DNA of 64,000 nt from an uncultured delta proteobacterium (GTDB lineage Bacteria; Desulfobacterota; Binatia; Binatales; Binataceae), in the NCBI GenBank assembly GCA_963794325.1, contig CAWCDG010000004.1:1792001-1856000 (forward strand), written 5' to 3'. The translations under genes and the position numbers were made by a program. Positions 10,126 to 19,236 of this stretch are shown here, piece by piece. The notes below the pieces were generated by a model. The model was not told the DNA's origin. It saw only the letters and a program-made list of their open reading frames with translations, and did not search any database. Every line of letters starts with the position of its first letter. Position 1 is the first letter of the stretch.

Positions 10126-10539
10126 TTACTTCGAGCTCTTCACCGGAGCACTGGGCATCGCAGTTTCGTTCGCGCGGATCGAAAGCGTCTGCAGCGCCTC
10201 GCCGAGATCGAGCTCGCTGTACTTCTGATTCGAGTACAAATCGTCGAGCCGCTTGACGGCCTGGTTCGCACTCACGTCGCCCATCGAGAGCTGTGCCGAG
10301 AGCTGGTGGATAATCCGGCGGGCGCCTTTCCAATGAAACAGGTCGGCGGCCGAATTAAGGACGTCGAGCTTGCCGACGCTGACGCGCATCGCGTCGGAAT
10401 AGCCATTGACGTAACCGTCTTTGGCGGTGGAGTTGAGACGGTTCCAGAAACTGCCATTGTGGCTGACGTTGGACGACGCAAAGGCAACTGCCCAACTGGC
10501 CACAAAGCCTAGCATCACGCCGGCGGCGAATTTCTTCAT
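10126..10539 (-). CDS. Hypothetical secreted protein
   Basis: Signal peptide MKKFAAGVMLGFVASWAVAFA; followed by a terminator. Confidence 0.75.
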   Translation of the reverse strand: MKKFAAGVMLGFVASWAVAFASSNVSHNGSFWNRLNSTAKDGYVNGYSDAMRVSVGKLDVLNSAADLFHWKGARRIIHQLSAQLSMGDVSANQAVKRLDDLYSNQKYSELDLGEALQTLSIRANETAMPSAPVKSSK

Positions 10540-10585
10540 TTCGCGATGATTCTCCCGAATCGGATAGCAACCCGTTTAGCAAAAT

Positions 10586-10611
10586 TACGCATGTGTCGCA
10601 AAATCGTTACA
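10586..10611 (-). promoter_or_regulatory. Putative ECF-sigma promoter TGTAAC-N16-CGTA
   Basis: Minus strand reads TGTAAC gattttgcgacacatg CGTA, about 47 nt upstream of the 10539 start. Confidence 0.4.
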
Positions 10612-10867
10612 TCCCAAATTGGGTGGAATAGGCCGATAACGCTTAAGTAATATCGTTGTAACCTGTTGAAAACCCCGCTTACCCGGCCATATTGCCGCTG
10701 CCGAGGCCTACCCGCCACCCACAACACCGCGAAGTCTAGAACATTTCCAGAGCAAGGTAAATATGACCGATTAGCGTCCAAAAAGGTGCTTTCGGATACC
10801 AACAGGATTGAACGAGCGCGCCGCGCGGTGCCATGATCTTGCCGTCCCGGCCCGTGGCGCGAATCCC

Positions 10868-11971
10868 ATGTCCATCTATGAGCAGGTCCTCACGTTTATC
10901 CACAGGCCGGAGCCTGAATCGTTCCAGCGGATCGCGCTCGACGTTTTCCGTCATCAATTCGAAACAATCGCGGCGTACCGGCGGTACTGCGGGGCGCGCG
11001 GGGTCGAGCCCGGCGCGGTGCGCAGCGTTGACGATGTCCCGGCGGTCAGCAATGTCGCGTTCAAGTATGCCGACCTTGCGATTGAAGGCGCCGCGCTCTC
11101 GTCTGGTGCGGCGGTTTTTCTCACCAGCGGGACTATGCAGGGGCGCGAGCGGCGCGGACGTCATATCGTTGCGCGGCCTGAGATTTATCGCGCGTCGGCG
11201 ATCGCTCATCTGCGGACGATGCTATTCACCGACGCACGCCGAACAGCGATGCTCGCGATACATCCGACGGCTGAGGTGATGCCGGAGTCGTCGCTGTCGG
11301 CGATGATCAGCTGGAGTATCGAGGAGTTCGGGAGCGGCAGGACACTTGCGGCGGCGTCGCGCGACAAGGTCGACATTGCGGCGGCGATCGCGTTTCTTCG
11401 CGAGTGCGAGGCGCTGCGCGAGCCCGTTAGTATCATGGGGACGACGGCGGCGTTCGCGGCACTGTTCCCCGCGCTGGGCAGCACTGGCGTGAAAGTTCGG
11501 CTCGCCGCGGGTTCGCGAATGATGGACACCGGCGGGGCAAAAGGGCAGGCCGCCCCGATGCAAGCGTCGGAGGTGATCGCGCGGGCGAGAAAGATGCTCG
11601 CGATCGCGCCTGCGATGGTGATTAACGAATACGGGATGACGGAATTGTGCTCGCAGCTCTACGATGCGACGTCGTTCAACTGCGCAGGCGTGTCGGATGT
11701 GCAGGAGCGATTCAAAATTCCGCCGCCGTGGATGCGGGTGACGGCGCGCGACCCGGTTACGCTGCGGCCGATGCCGGACGGGGAAATCGGAATGCTCACG
11801 TTTTTCGATCTCGCTAACGTCGGATCGGTGTCGGCAGTCATGACTGAGGACCTTGGATTCGTCGAGCGCGGACGGGTGCGCGTGCTTGGCAGGGCGGCAG
11901 GCGGAGAGGCGCGCGGCTGCGCGCTGCGGATCGGGCAATTCTCGGAGACCGAAGCAGAGAATTTGCGATGA
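10868..11971 (+). CDS. LuxE-like acyl-protein synthetase
   Basis: FLTSGT, MDTGGAKG, INEYGMTELCSQ, DLANVGS, TEDLG and C-terminal GR...EARGC (acylated Cys). Confidence 0.85.
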   Translation: MSIYEQVLTFIHRPEPESFQRIALDVFRHQFETIAAYRRYCGARGVEPGAVRSVDDVPAVSNVAFKYADLAIEGAALSSGAAVFLTSGTMQGRERRGRHIVARPEIYRASAIAHLRTMLFTDARRTAMLAIHPTAEVMPESSLSAMISWSIEEFGSGRTLAAASRDKVDIAAAIAFLRECEALREPVSIMGTTAAFAALFPALGSTGVKVRLAAGSRMMDTGGAKGQAAPMQASEVIARARKMLAIAPAMVINEYGMTELCSQLYDATSFNCAGVSDVQERFKIPPPWMRVTARDPVTLRPMPDGEIGMLTFFDLANVGSVSAVMTEDLGFVERGRVRVLGRAAGGEARGCALRIGQFSETEAENLR

Positions 11972-13188
11972 GCGCGACGCTGGCGTCCAGAGCGAGACGC
12001 ATACTGAGGTCGGAGAGTGTCGATCGAATGAGCGACGCGCTGGCGCGGGCGTTCGAGCTCTGGCGCGACCGCAATTATGCACGCCGGCGCGACGCGATCG
12101 CGTCAATCGCGCGTTCGGCGGGATATTCGGTAGCGCTGCTCGAGAACTCGATCGACGCGCTGCTGAAGCCGTTCACCAGCGACGCGCTGAAGTTGATGGC
12201 GGGCACGGCGGCCCGCCCCACTTCTGACAGGCCAAAGACGATTGGATTCATCGCCGCGGGCAACGTGGCGGGCGCGGGAATCCATGAGATTGCGATCGCT
12301 CTGATCGCGGGCGCGAGGGTTCTAATCAAAACCGCGTCGGCGGAGCCGATATTTTTTGCGGAGTTTGCGCGCACGCTGGCGGAAGTCGATCGCGACGCCG
12401 GCGCACGCATCGAGGTAAGTCACTGGGGCCGCGAGCGCGCCGACCTCACCGCGTCATTGCTCGAGAAGTGCGAGCTGGTGATTGCGTTCGGCGACGACGC
12501 GACAATCGAGTCGCTCCACCGGCGCAATGTGATTGGATTCGGCAGCCGGGTGAGTGGCGCGCTGATCGCGCCCGATCGAATCGATTCGTCGCGACTCGAC
12601 GAGATTGCCGACTTGCTCGCGCGCGATGTCGCATTGTTCGAGCAGCTCGGATGCCTGTCGCTCCATCAGGTGTTCGTGATGAGTTCCGAAGGTCGTGCGA
12701 TGGCGGGCACGGCGGCCCGCCCCACTGATACGGCGCGGGAACTGGCGCTTCGGATGTCGATTGGGCTCGAACGGCTCAGCGAGTCGATGCCGCCGGCGCG
12801 CATCCCGATCCATGACGCCGCGGCAATCCGCGGAGTGCGGGAGCGCGCGCGCTGGCGCGCGATCGCGGGCGAGCCGGTCGAGCTGCTCGAAAGTCGCGGG
12901 CTTGGCTGGACGGTAATTTTCGAGCAGCGGCCGGATTCATTCAAAGTCTCGCCGGGATTCAGGACTGTGCAAGTAACCGCGGTACGCGATCTCGCGGAGT
13001 TTCGCGAATGCGTCGCGCCGGTGTCGGGACGGATCGAAGCGATGGCGGTGGTCGGCGACGATTGCGAAATCGAAGCGCGCGCGATGGGGATACCGTACGT
13101 TTGCGCGCCCGGCGAGATGCAATCGCCGCCGCTCGATTGGCGCCACGGTGGCGGCGGTTTTCTCGACATTATGATGGGATCGCGATGA
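11968..13188 (+). CDS. LuxC-like acyl-CoA reductase
   Basis: IAAGNV, IAFGDD, GFGSRVS and FEQLGCLS (catalytic Cys). ATGA overlap with luxE-like gene. Confidence 0.8.
   Translation: MSATLASRARRILRSESVDRMSDALARAFELWRDRNYARRRDAIASIARSAGYSVALLENSIDALLKPFTSDALKLMAGTAARPTSDRPKTIGFIAAGNVAGAGIHEIAIALIAGARVLIKTASAEPIFFAEFARTLAEVDRDAGARIEVSHWGRERADLTASLLEKCELVIAFGDDATIESLHRRNVIGFGSRVSGALIAPDRIDSSRLDEIADLLARDVALFEQLGCLSLHQVFVMSSEGRAMAGTAARPTDTARELALRMSIGLERLSESMPPARIPIHDAAAIRGVRERARWRAIAGEPVELLESRGLGWTVIFEQRPDSFKVSPGFRTVQVTAVRDLAEFRECVAPVSGRIEAMAVVGDDCEIEARAMGIPYVCAPGEMQSPPLDWRHGGGGFLDIMMGSR
12195..12222 (-). repeat. GTGG-tagged REP-like palindrome inside luxC-like CDS, copy 1
   Basis: gatggcgggcacggcggcccgccccact; identical to 12699-12726. 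Confidence 0.8.
12699..12726 (-). repeat. GTGG-tagged REP-like palindrome inside luxC-like CDS, copy 2
   Basis: Identical 28-mer; encodes MAGTAARPT in frame. Confidence 0.8.
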
Positions 13189-14384
13189 GCGAACTCGGGG
13201 ATTTCTTTCGGCGAAACCTGGCGCAGACGTCGGACGCGCCTATCGGATTGGAGATTTCGCACGCCGAGGGTTCGTGGCTGATCGCGTCGGATGGACGGCG
13301 CTATCTCGATTTCATCGCGGGCATCGGAGTGTCCGCGCTTGGCCATGGAAATCCCGAAGTGCTCGAGGCGATCGCGGCGCAGGCGCAACGCCATCTGCAT
13401 GTGATGGTGTACGGCGAGTACGTGATCGAGAGCCAGGTAATGCTGGCGCGGCGGCTGGTCGAGCTACTGCCGCGGCCGCTCGAATGCGTGTATTTCACCA
13501 ACAGTGGCGCGGAGGCGATCGAATGCGCGATGAAAGTGGCGCGCAAGTTTACCGGTCGCGCGGGTTTCGTCGCATTCGACGGTGCGTATCACGGTGACAC
13601 GATGGGCGCGCTGGCGCTGTGCGGGAATCCCGCGATGCGCGAGCCGTTCGGCGCGTTGCCGGGACCGGTGACGCATCTACCGTTCGACGATATTGCCGCG
13701 CTCGATAAAATCGATTCGACCATCGCGGCGGTGTTCGTCGAGCCGGTGCAGGCTGAGGGCGGCGTGCGTATTCCCGAGATTGGTTTCATCCGCGCACTGC
13801 GCGAATGCTGCGATCGCACGGGCGCGATGCTTGTCTTCGACGAGGTTCTGACCGGCTTCGGACGCACCGGCAAAATGTTCGCGCTCGAACAATTCGGCGT
13901 CGTCCCCGACATCCTCGTGATGGCCAAAGCGCTCGGCGGCGGATTGCCGCTTGGCGCGCTATGCAGCCGCAACGAGGTTCTTGGCACGCTCTCGCACGAT
14001 CCGCCGCTCGGACACATCACTACGTTTGGCGGGCATCCGCTCTCGTGCGCAGCCGGATTGGCCAGTCTGAACGTAATCGTGCGCGAGCGATTATGGGAGC
14101 GCGGCGCGACGATTGGCCAGGACATCGTACGACGCCTGTTGGCAATGCACGCGCCGGAAATAGCATCGGTGCGCGGGCTTGGTATGCTGGTGGGTATCGA
14201 GTTTCGCGACGCGGCGCTGGCGCATCGATTTGTCGCAGAAACTGTGGCGCGAGGGGTGATCGTAAACTGGACGCTCAATGCTGACAAGGTTGTCCGGCTT
14301 GCGCCGGTATTGACGATCACGCCGGACGAGATCGATTTTGCGTTCAGTGCAATGACCAAAGCGCTTGATGAAATCCGGCGCTGA
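13185..14384 (+). CDS. Class III PLP-dependent aminotransferase
   Basis: FTNSGAEA, YHGDT, FDEVLTGFGRTG and MAKALGGG. ATGA overlap with luxC-like gene. Confidence 0.92.
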   Translation: MSELGDFFRRNLAQTSDAPIGLEISHAEGSWLIASDGRRYLDFIAGIGVSALGHGNPEVLEAIAAQAQRHLHVMVYGEYVIESQVMLARRLVELLPRPLECVYFTNSGAEAIECAMKVARKFTGRAGFVAFDGAYHGDTMGALALCGNPAMREPFGALPGPVTHLPFDDIAALDKIDSTIAAVFVEPVQAEGGVRIPEIGFIRALRECCDRTGAMLVFDEVLTGFGRTGKMFALEQFGVVPDILVMAKALGGGLPLGALCSRNEVLGTLSHDPPLGHITTFGGHPLSCAAGLASLNVIVRERLWERGATIGQDIVRRLLAMHAPEIASVRGLGMLVGIEFRDAALAHRFVAETVARGVIVNWTLNADKVVRLAPVLTITPDEIDFAFSAMTKALDEIRR

Positions 14385-14432
14385 AGTCACCATGAGAGTT
14401 AGGGGGCCGCTGAAAGAAAACGGGGAGCCTGA

Positions 14433-15743
14433 TTGGCGGAGATCAGCAAATACAACGGCTCATCCGGGCTGACGAATTCGGGGGTCGGCCCCGCCAAACG
14501 CCAGTTCATCTGGACCGACGACGACGAGGAGTCGCTGCGAGTCCTGAAGCTCGCCGGCGCGCTCGGAATCTTCATGCTGCTGGCGTACCTTGCGTACGAC
14601 CAGCGAGTCCTCGGACGCCAAGCGCCGGGCAACGGCCCGCACTGGTTCATCCTTGCGGCGACCTGTTTGCTTTTCGGTCTGTCGTGGACGCATGCGTTCA
14701 GGCGCCGCTGGAAATTATGGATTCTGCTTTACAACCTGCTGCTGATAGCGACGCTCATCCTGATCAGCCGGAGCACCGGAGATCCCGAGTCGCGCTTCAT
14801 CGCGATCATGTTGTGTCCGCTGGCCACTGCTTCGTTCGTCAGCTGGGGAACGCGATGGCAATTTGCGATGGCTCTGACGGCGCTGCTGGGCTATGGGGCG
14901 GGCGAATATCTGGTGCCGATCGAATCGCCATATCGCGTGTACCGCTGGATGGGCCTGGTCGCGGCGCTGATCTTCGCGCAGTACACGGCGATCTTTATCG
15001 ATCGATACCGCAAGCGTCTGAGAAAGCAGGTCGAGGACCTCGAGGAAGCGGCGCGGTTTCGGCAGACACAAATCGCGACGATGGCGCATGACATCCGCAG
15101 TCCAGTCGCGGCCCTGAGCGGCTACGTCAGCTTGCTTGAGGACTCGGATACGGACGCAAAGGAGCGCACTGATCTGCTGGGGCGGATTGGCTCGACGGCC
15201 TGGAACATGGACCTGGTAGTCAGCAACGTGCTGGACTACTACGAGGCGCAGGATGACGACCTCGTCGCGGCGCCGGTCGAACTTGATCCGAATCAACTGG
15301 TCAGCGAGGTTGCGGAAGAGTGCGCTCTGCAGGCGCGGCGCCGGCGGCTGAACTTGCGCGTCGAGCTCACGCGGCTGCCGGCGTGCAAACTCGATCGCCG
15401 CCATTTTCAGCGAATAGTAAGAAATATGATCGCATATGCGCTCGGAAGGACGGCGACCGGAGAGGTCACGCTGCGGGCCGGCGTCCGAAACGACATGATC
15501 GCGATCGAAGTAACCGATAGCGGCCCGACTCTTTCCCAGGAGCAACTCGACGCACTGTTTGAGCGCCCCAATCGAAACGGAGATCGCAGCGCCGCGCGCG
15601 GACTTGGACTGTATATCGCGCAAGCGATGGCGAAGGCATCGGGAGGACGGACCGGGGCGCGGTTCGCGGACGGCCGGCGCGGGCTGACTCTGGTCGCGGA
15701 ATTCCCGCTTGAAGAGCAACCAGCGAAAGCGCGCACGCCGTGA
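14433..15743 (+). CDS. Membrane sensor histidine kinase with degenerate HATPase boxes
   Basis: About 6 hydrophobic helices; H-box AHDIRSP; GLGL G2 box. Confidence 0.8.
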   Translation: MAEISKYNGSSGLTNSGVGPAKRQFIWTDDDEESLRVLKLAGALGIFMLLAYLAYDQRVLGRQAPGNGPHWFILAATCLLFGLSWTHAFRRRWKLWILLYNLLLIATLILISRSTGDPESRFIAIMLCPLATASFVSWGTRWQFAMALTALLGYGAGEYLVPIESPYRVYRWMGLVAALIFAQYTAIFIDRYRKRLRKQVEDLEEAARFRQTQIATMAHDIRSPVAALSGYVSLLEDSDTDAKERTDLLGRIGSTAWNMDLVVSNVLDYYEAQDDDLVAAPVELDPNQLVSEVAEECALQARRRRLNLRVELTRLPACKLDRRHFQRIVRNMIAYALGRTATGEVTLRAGVRNDMIAIEVTDSGPTLSQEQLDALFERPNRNGDRSAARGLGLYIAQAMAKASGGRTGARFADGRRGLTLVAEFPLEEQPAKARTP

Positions 15744-16729
15744 GGAAACTGCCCGCGTCCGGCAAACTCTCCAGCGAATTTGAACTGATCGCACGGCTCA
15801 GTGCGGGAATCCATCTGAGCCGCCGCACGATCCTAGGCGTCGGCGACGACTGCGCAATTGTCTCGCGGCCGCGCGGGAACCTGCTGTTTACGATAGACAG
15901 CCTGGTCGAGAACGTTCACTTCGATCTGCGATGGGGCTCTCCGGAAGCGCTTGGTGCGCGCGCGCTCGCGGTCAACTTGAGCGATATCGCAGCGATGGGC
16001 GGGCGTCCGACGGCATGCGTGGTGAACCTCGGTGTGCGCGAAGGAATTGCGTCGCGGATGCTCGAGCGAATTTACTGTGGACTGCGCGCTGCGGCGCGCG
16101 CAGCTTCGACGGATATCGTGGGCGGCAATATCACGCGCGCGCGCGAGCTGTCGATCACGATTGCGCTTACCGGCGAGGCCGGGCGCGGCGTGATGCGGCG
16201 CGATACGGCTCGGCCCGGCGACGAGATCTATGTGACCGGCACTCTAGGCGACGCCGCGCTCGGCTGGCGTATCCTGGCGGGCAAGTTGAAGACGGGAAAA
16301 AATCGAGTGGTGACAAAATATCTGACAGAGCGATTCATCCGTCCGAAGGCGCAGCTCTATGCCGGACAACGGCTTGCGACGCTGCGGCCCGCGCCAGCCG
16401 CCATCGACGTCAGCGACGGACTCATGCAGGACCTCGGGCACATCCTCGAACGAAGCGGCGTCGGCGCCGAGATCGACGCGTCGCGAATTCCGATCTCGCC
16501 GGCGTATCGTGCGCTGATGGGCGGAGATCTCGTGCATGCGCTGACCGGCGGCGAGGATTATGAACTGATCTTCTGCGTGAAGCCGGGCCACAGCGAATCC
16601 GAACTGTCACGTCGCTTGCACATGGGCGTGCGGCGAATCGGTAAGATCGTCAAGGGCAAGCGCCTGAACGTGATTGGTGCCAGCGCGCCGATTGACGCAG
16701 GATGGGATCAGCTGCGCTCGCGCGGATAA
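15740..16729 (+). CDS. thiL: Thiamine-monophosphate kinase
   Basis: GVGDDCA, NLSDIAAMG, IDVSDGL and GGEDYEL. Confidence 0.95.
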   Translation: MRKLPASGKLSSEFELIARLSAGIHLSRRTILGVGDDCAIVSRPRGNLLFTIDSLVENVHFDLRWGSPEALGARALAVNLSDIAAMGGRPTACVVNLGVREGIASRMLERIYCGLRAAARAASTDIVGGNITRARELSITIALTGEAGRGVMRRDTARPGDEIYVTGTLGDAALGWRILAGKLKTGKNRVVTKYLTERFIRPKAQLYAGQRLATLRPAPAAIDVSDGLMQDLGHILERSGVGAEIDASRIPISPAYRALMGGDLVHALTGGEDYELIFCVKPGHSESELSRRLHMGVRRIGKIVKGKRLNVIGASAPIDAGWDQLRSRG

Positions 16730-16738
16730 ATAGAATAG

Positions 16739-17953
16739 ATGCTTTCAATCCTGCCGCTTGCGGTCCTGATTCTCATCGTGCTGAGCGCCATGCTAGCCGG
16801 ATCCGAGACCGCACTCTTCTCGATGGCGCGCCTGGAGCACACGCGCGAACAGATGAGCCTCTCGGTGCAGCGTGCGCTCGACCGGCTGATGCGCAGGCCG
16901 CTCGAATCGTTGATCGTGATCATCGGGCTGAACGAAGCGTGCAACATTTTCGCCGACTGCCTGGCGACGATCATTTTACTGGCGATGCTCGGTGGCAAAT
17001 GGGGACCAATCGTCGCGGCGCCGACGATGCTCTTAGTCGTACTTCTGTTCTGCGACATTACTCCGAAGACCTTCGCACTTGGATTCCCGGCCGCCCTGGC
17101 GTGGATAACTGCGCGCCCACTTGCCGTGGTCACCGATTTCGTTCATCCGTTCGCAAAATATTTTGCGCCGATTGAAACCCCGCCGCGTCCGGACCCGGTG
17201 TCAGAAGCGGAATTCAAGACGCTCCTCAGACTCGGCGAAACCCAGGGGCAGGTCGAGCCCGCCGAGCGTGCGATGATTCATCGCGTGTTCGATTTCGGTG
17301 CGCGGCGGGCGTCAGAAGTGATGACGCCGCGAGACCGAATCTTTGCGCTCGACATCGAGATGCCGGTGGCGCAGTTGGTCGCGGAAATCGCGCACGAAAG
17401 TTTCTCGCGAGTGCCGGTCTATCGCCACAGCCAGGACAACATCGTCGGAATACTGCATGCCAAGGATCTTGCAGCACGGCGCCTGGACCCGTCGCCGCCG
17501 CGAGTCGAGCGACTGGTGCGTCCGGCGTATTTCGTGCCGCCGGGCAAGCTGCTCGCCGATTTATTCGAGGAGATGCGCCGCGGACGCTTCCAGATTGCGC
17601 TGGTGGTCAACGAGTACGGCCGCCTGCTGGGGCTGGTGACGCTCGAAGACTTGCTCGAGGAATTGTTCGGCGAGATTCGCGATGAGTTTGACAGCGAAGT
17701 TCCCGAGCTGGTCAAAATTTCCGATGAAGAATGGTCGGCGTCCGGCGCGATCGCACTGGGCAAGCTGGCGGACGCGCTGGCTCCCAATCGAGTCATCGAA
17801 GTTTACGGGGGTGGCAAGACGCTGAGCAGCCTGATCCTGCGCCGGCTGGGACGCGTGCCGCGCGCGGGAGAGAAGCTGAGACTCGGCGAATTCGAAGTTA
17901 CCGTCGAGCGCGTGCGCGGCGCGGCGGTCGAGTTGGTGAGGCTCCATCGATGA
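16739..17953 (+). CDS. CNNM/CBS/CorC (hemolysin-family) transporter
   Basis: N-terminal TM domain (GSETALFS), FSRVPV and VTLEDLLEELFGEIRDE. Confidence 0.88.
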   Translation: MLSILPLAVLILIVLSAMLAGSETALFSMARLEHTREQMSLSVQRALDRLMRRPLESLIVIIGLNEACNIFADCLATIILLAMLGGKWGPIVAAPTMLLVVLLFCDITPKTFALGFPAALAWITARPLAVVTDFVHPFAKYFAPIETPPRPDPVSEAEFKTLLRLGETQGQVEPAERAMIHRVFDFGARRASEVMTPRDRIFALDIEMPVAQLVAEIAHESFSRVPVYRHSQDNIVGILHAKDLAARRLDPSPPRVERLVRPAYFVPPGKLLADLFEEMRRGRFQIALVVNEYGRLLGLVTLEDLLEELFGEIRDEFDSEVPELVKISDEEWSASGAIALGKLADALAPNRVIEVYGGGKTLSSLILRRLGRVPRAGEKLRLGEFEVTVERVRGAAVELVRLHR

Positions 17954-19236
17954 CGGTCGTTTGGCTGGTGGTCGCCTTGTTCGGATGTCTTATGGTGCAG
18001 GCGTTTTTCGCCGCGTCCGAGATTGCACTGGTTTCCGCCGACGATTTGAAAGTTCGCGCGGAGAGCGAAGGCGGTCACGCGCGCTCGCGAGTGCTCGACG
18101 AGCTGCTGACCAATCGAGATCGTTTGCTGGCGCTCACTCTCACCGGCACCAACGTCGCCACGGTGATTGCCGCGGTGGTGCTCACCAGCGCGCTGTATCA
18201 AATCGGCCCGCGCCTGGTTTATCTTGCGCCGTTGATTCTGACGCCGATAACGCTGGTGCTCGGCGAATCGGTCCCGAAGCTGCTGACGCTTACCAATCCT
18301 CACCGGTTTGCATTGTTCGTCGCGAGGCCGCTGCGGTTGCTCGCGAGGATTCTTGCGCCGCTGCTCTATGTGGAAACTCTGTTGAGCAGATTGCTGCGCC
18401 GGCTTGCCGGTGTGCCGGCCGACGCCGAGAGCGTGTTCCTGAGCCGCGAAGATTTGGCGCGCCTGATGCGCCGACGGCCGAGCGACGCATCCGATCCGTC
18501 GCACGACGCCATCCTGCCCGTCGAGCAGCAGATGATCAGCCGCATATTTCGTTTCTCGCGGGCCGAGGCGCGCAAGGCGATGGTGCCGCTGGTGGGCGTC
18601 GATGCGGTGCCTGAGGAAACCTCGCTGGCCGCCGCGATCGAAACTGTTCGCCGCGAAGGCTTCAGCCGCATCCCGGTGTTTCGGCGCCGAATCACGGACA
18701 TCGTCGGCGTCGTTCACGTCTTCGATCTTTTGCAGGCGCCCGATCTCAGCCGCCCAGTCAGCGACATCATGCGGCCGGTCAGCTATTTTCCCGAATCGAT
18801 GCCGCTCGACGAGGCGCTACTGGCGATGCAACGCACCGGGGAAAATCTCGCGGTGATCGTCGATGAGTACGGCGGCTCGGCCGGAATTCTGACGTTGGAA
18901 GATCTGATCGAAGAAATCGTCGGCGATATCGAGGACGAACACGACCTCGGCGAGGAGCTGACCAGGGTGGTCAGTCCGCGCATGCTGTCGGTGATCGGAC
19001 GCGCGCCGATTATGGAATTGAACGAGCGCTTCGGCCTCAAGCTTTCGGAGGCGGATGAGTATGCTACGATCGGCGGGTTGGTGGTCGAACGACTCGGGCA
19101 CATTCCCAAGCCCGGCGAAAAATTAATCGAGGGCGATTTGACGATCACGGTTACGCGCAGCGATGCACGCGCGGTGCGCGAATTGATGCTGACACTTGCG
19201 CATCCGATCCGCCCTGAGCTCCTCAAGCGGCGATGA
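17950..19236 (+). CDS. CNNM/CBS/CorC (hemolysin-family) transporter
   Basis: FFAASEIALVS, GESVPK, FSRIPV and LTLEDLIEEIVGDIEDE. ATGA overlap. Confidence 0.9.
   Translation: MTVVWLVVALFGCLMVQAFFAASEIALVSADDLKVRAESEGGHARSRVLDELLTNRDRLLALTLTGTNVATVIAAVVLTSALYQIGPRLVYLAPLILTPITLVLGESVPKLLTLTNPHRFALFVARPLRLLARILAPLLYVETLLSRLLRRLAGVPADAESVFLSREDLARLMRRRPSDASDPSHDAILPVEQQMISRIFRFSRAEARKAMVPLVGVDAVPEETSLAAAIETVRREGFSRIPVFRRRITDIVGVVHVFDLLQAPDLSRPVSDIMRPVSYFPESMPLDEALLAMQRTGENLAVIVDEYGGSAGILTLEDLIEEIVGDIEDEHDLGEELTRVVSPRMLSVIGRAPIMELNERFGLKLSEADEYATIGGLVVERLGHIPKPGEKLIEGDLTITVTRSDARAVRELMLTLAHPIRPELLKRR

Noticed and set aside
10868-13188. Bioluminescence operon
   Set aside because: No luxA, luxB, luxD or luxG.
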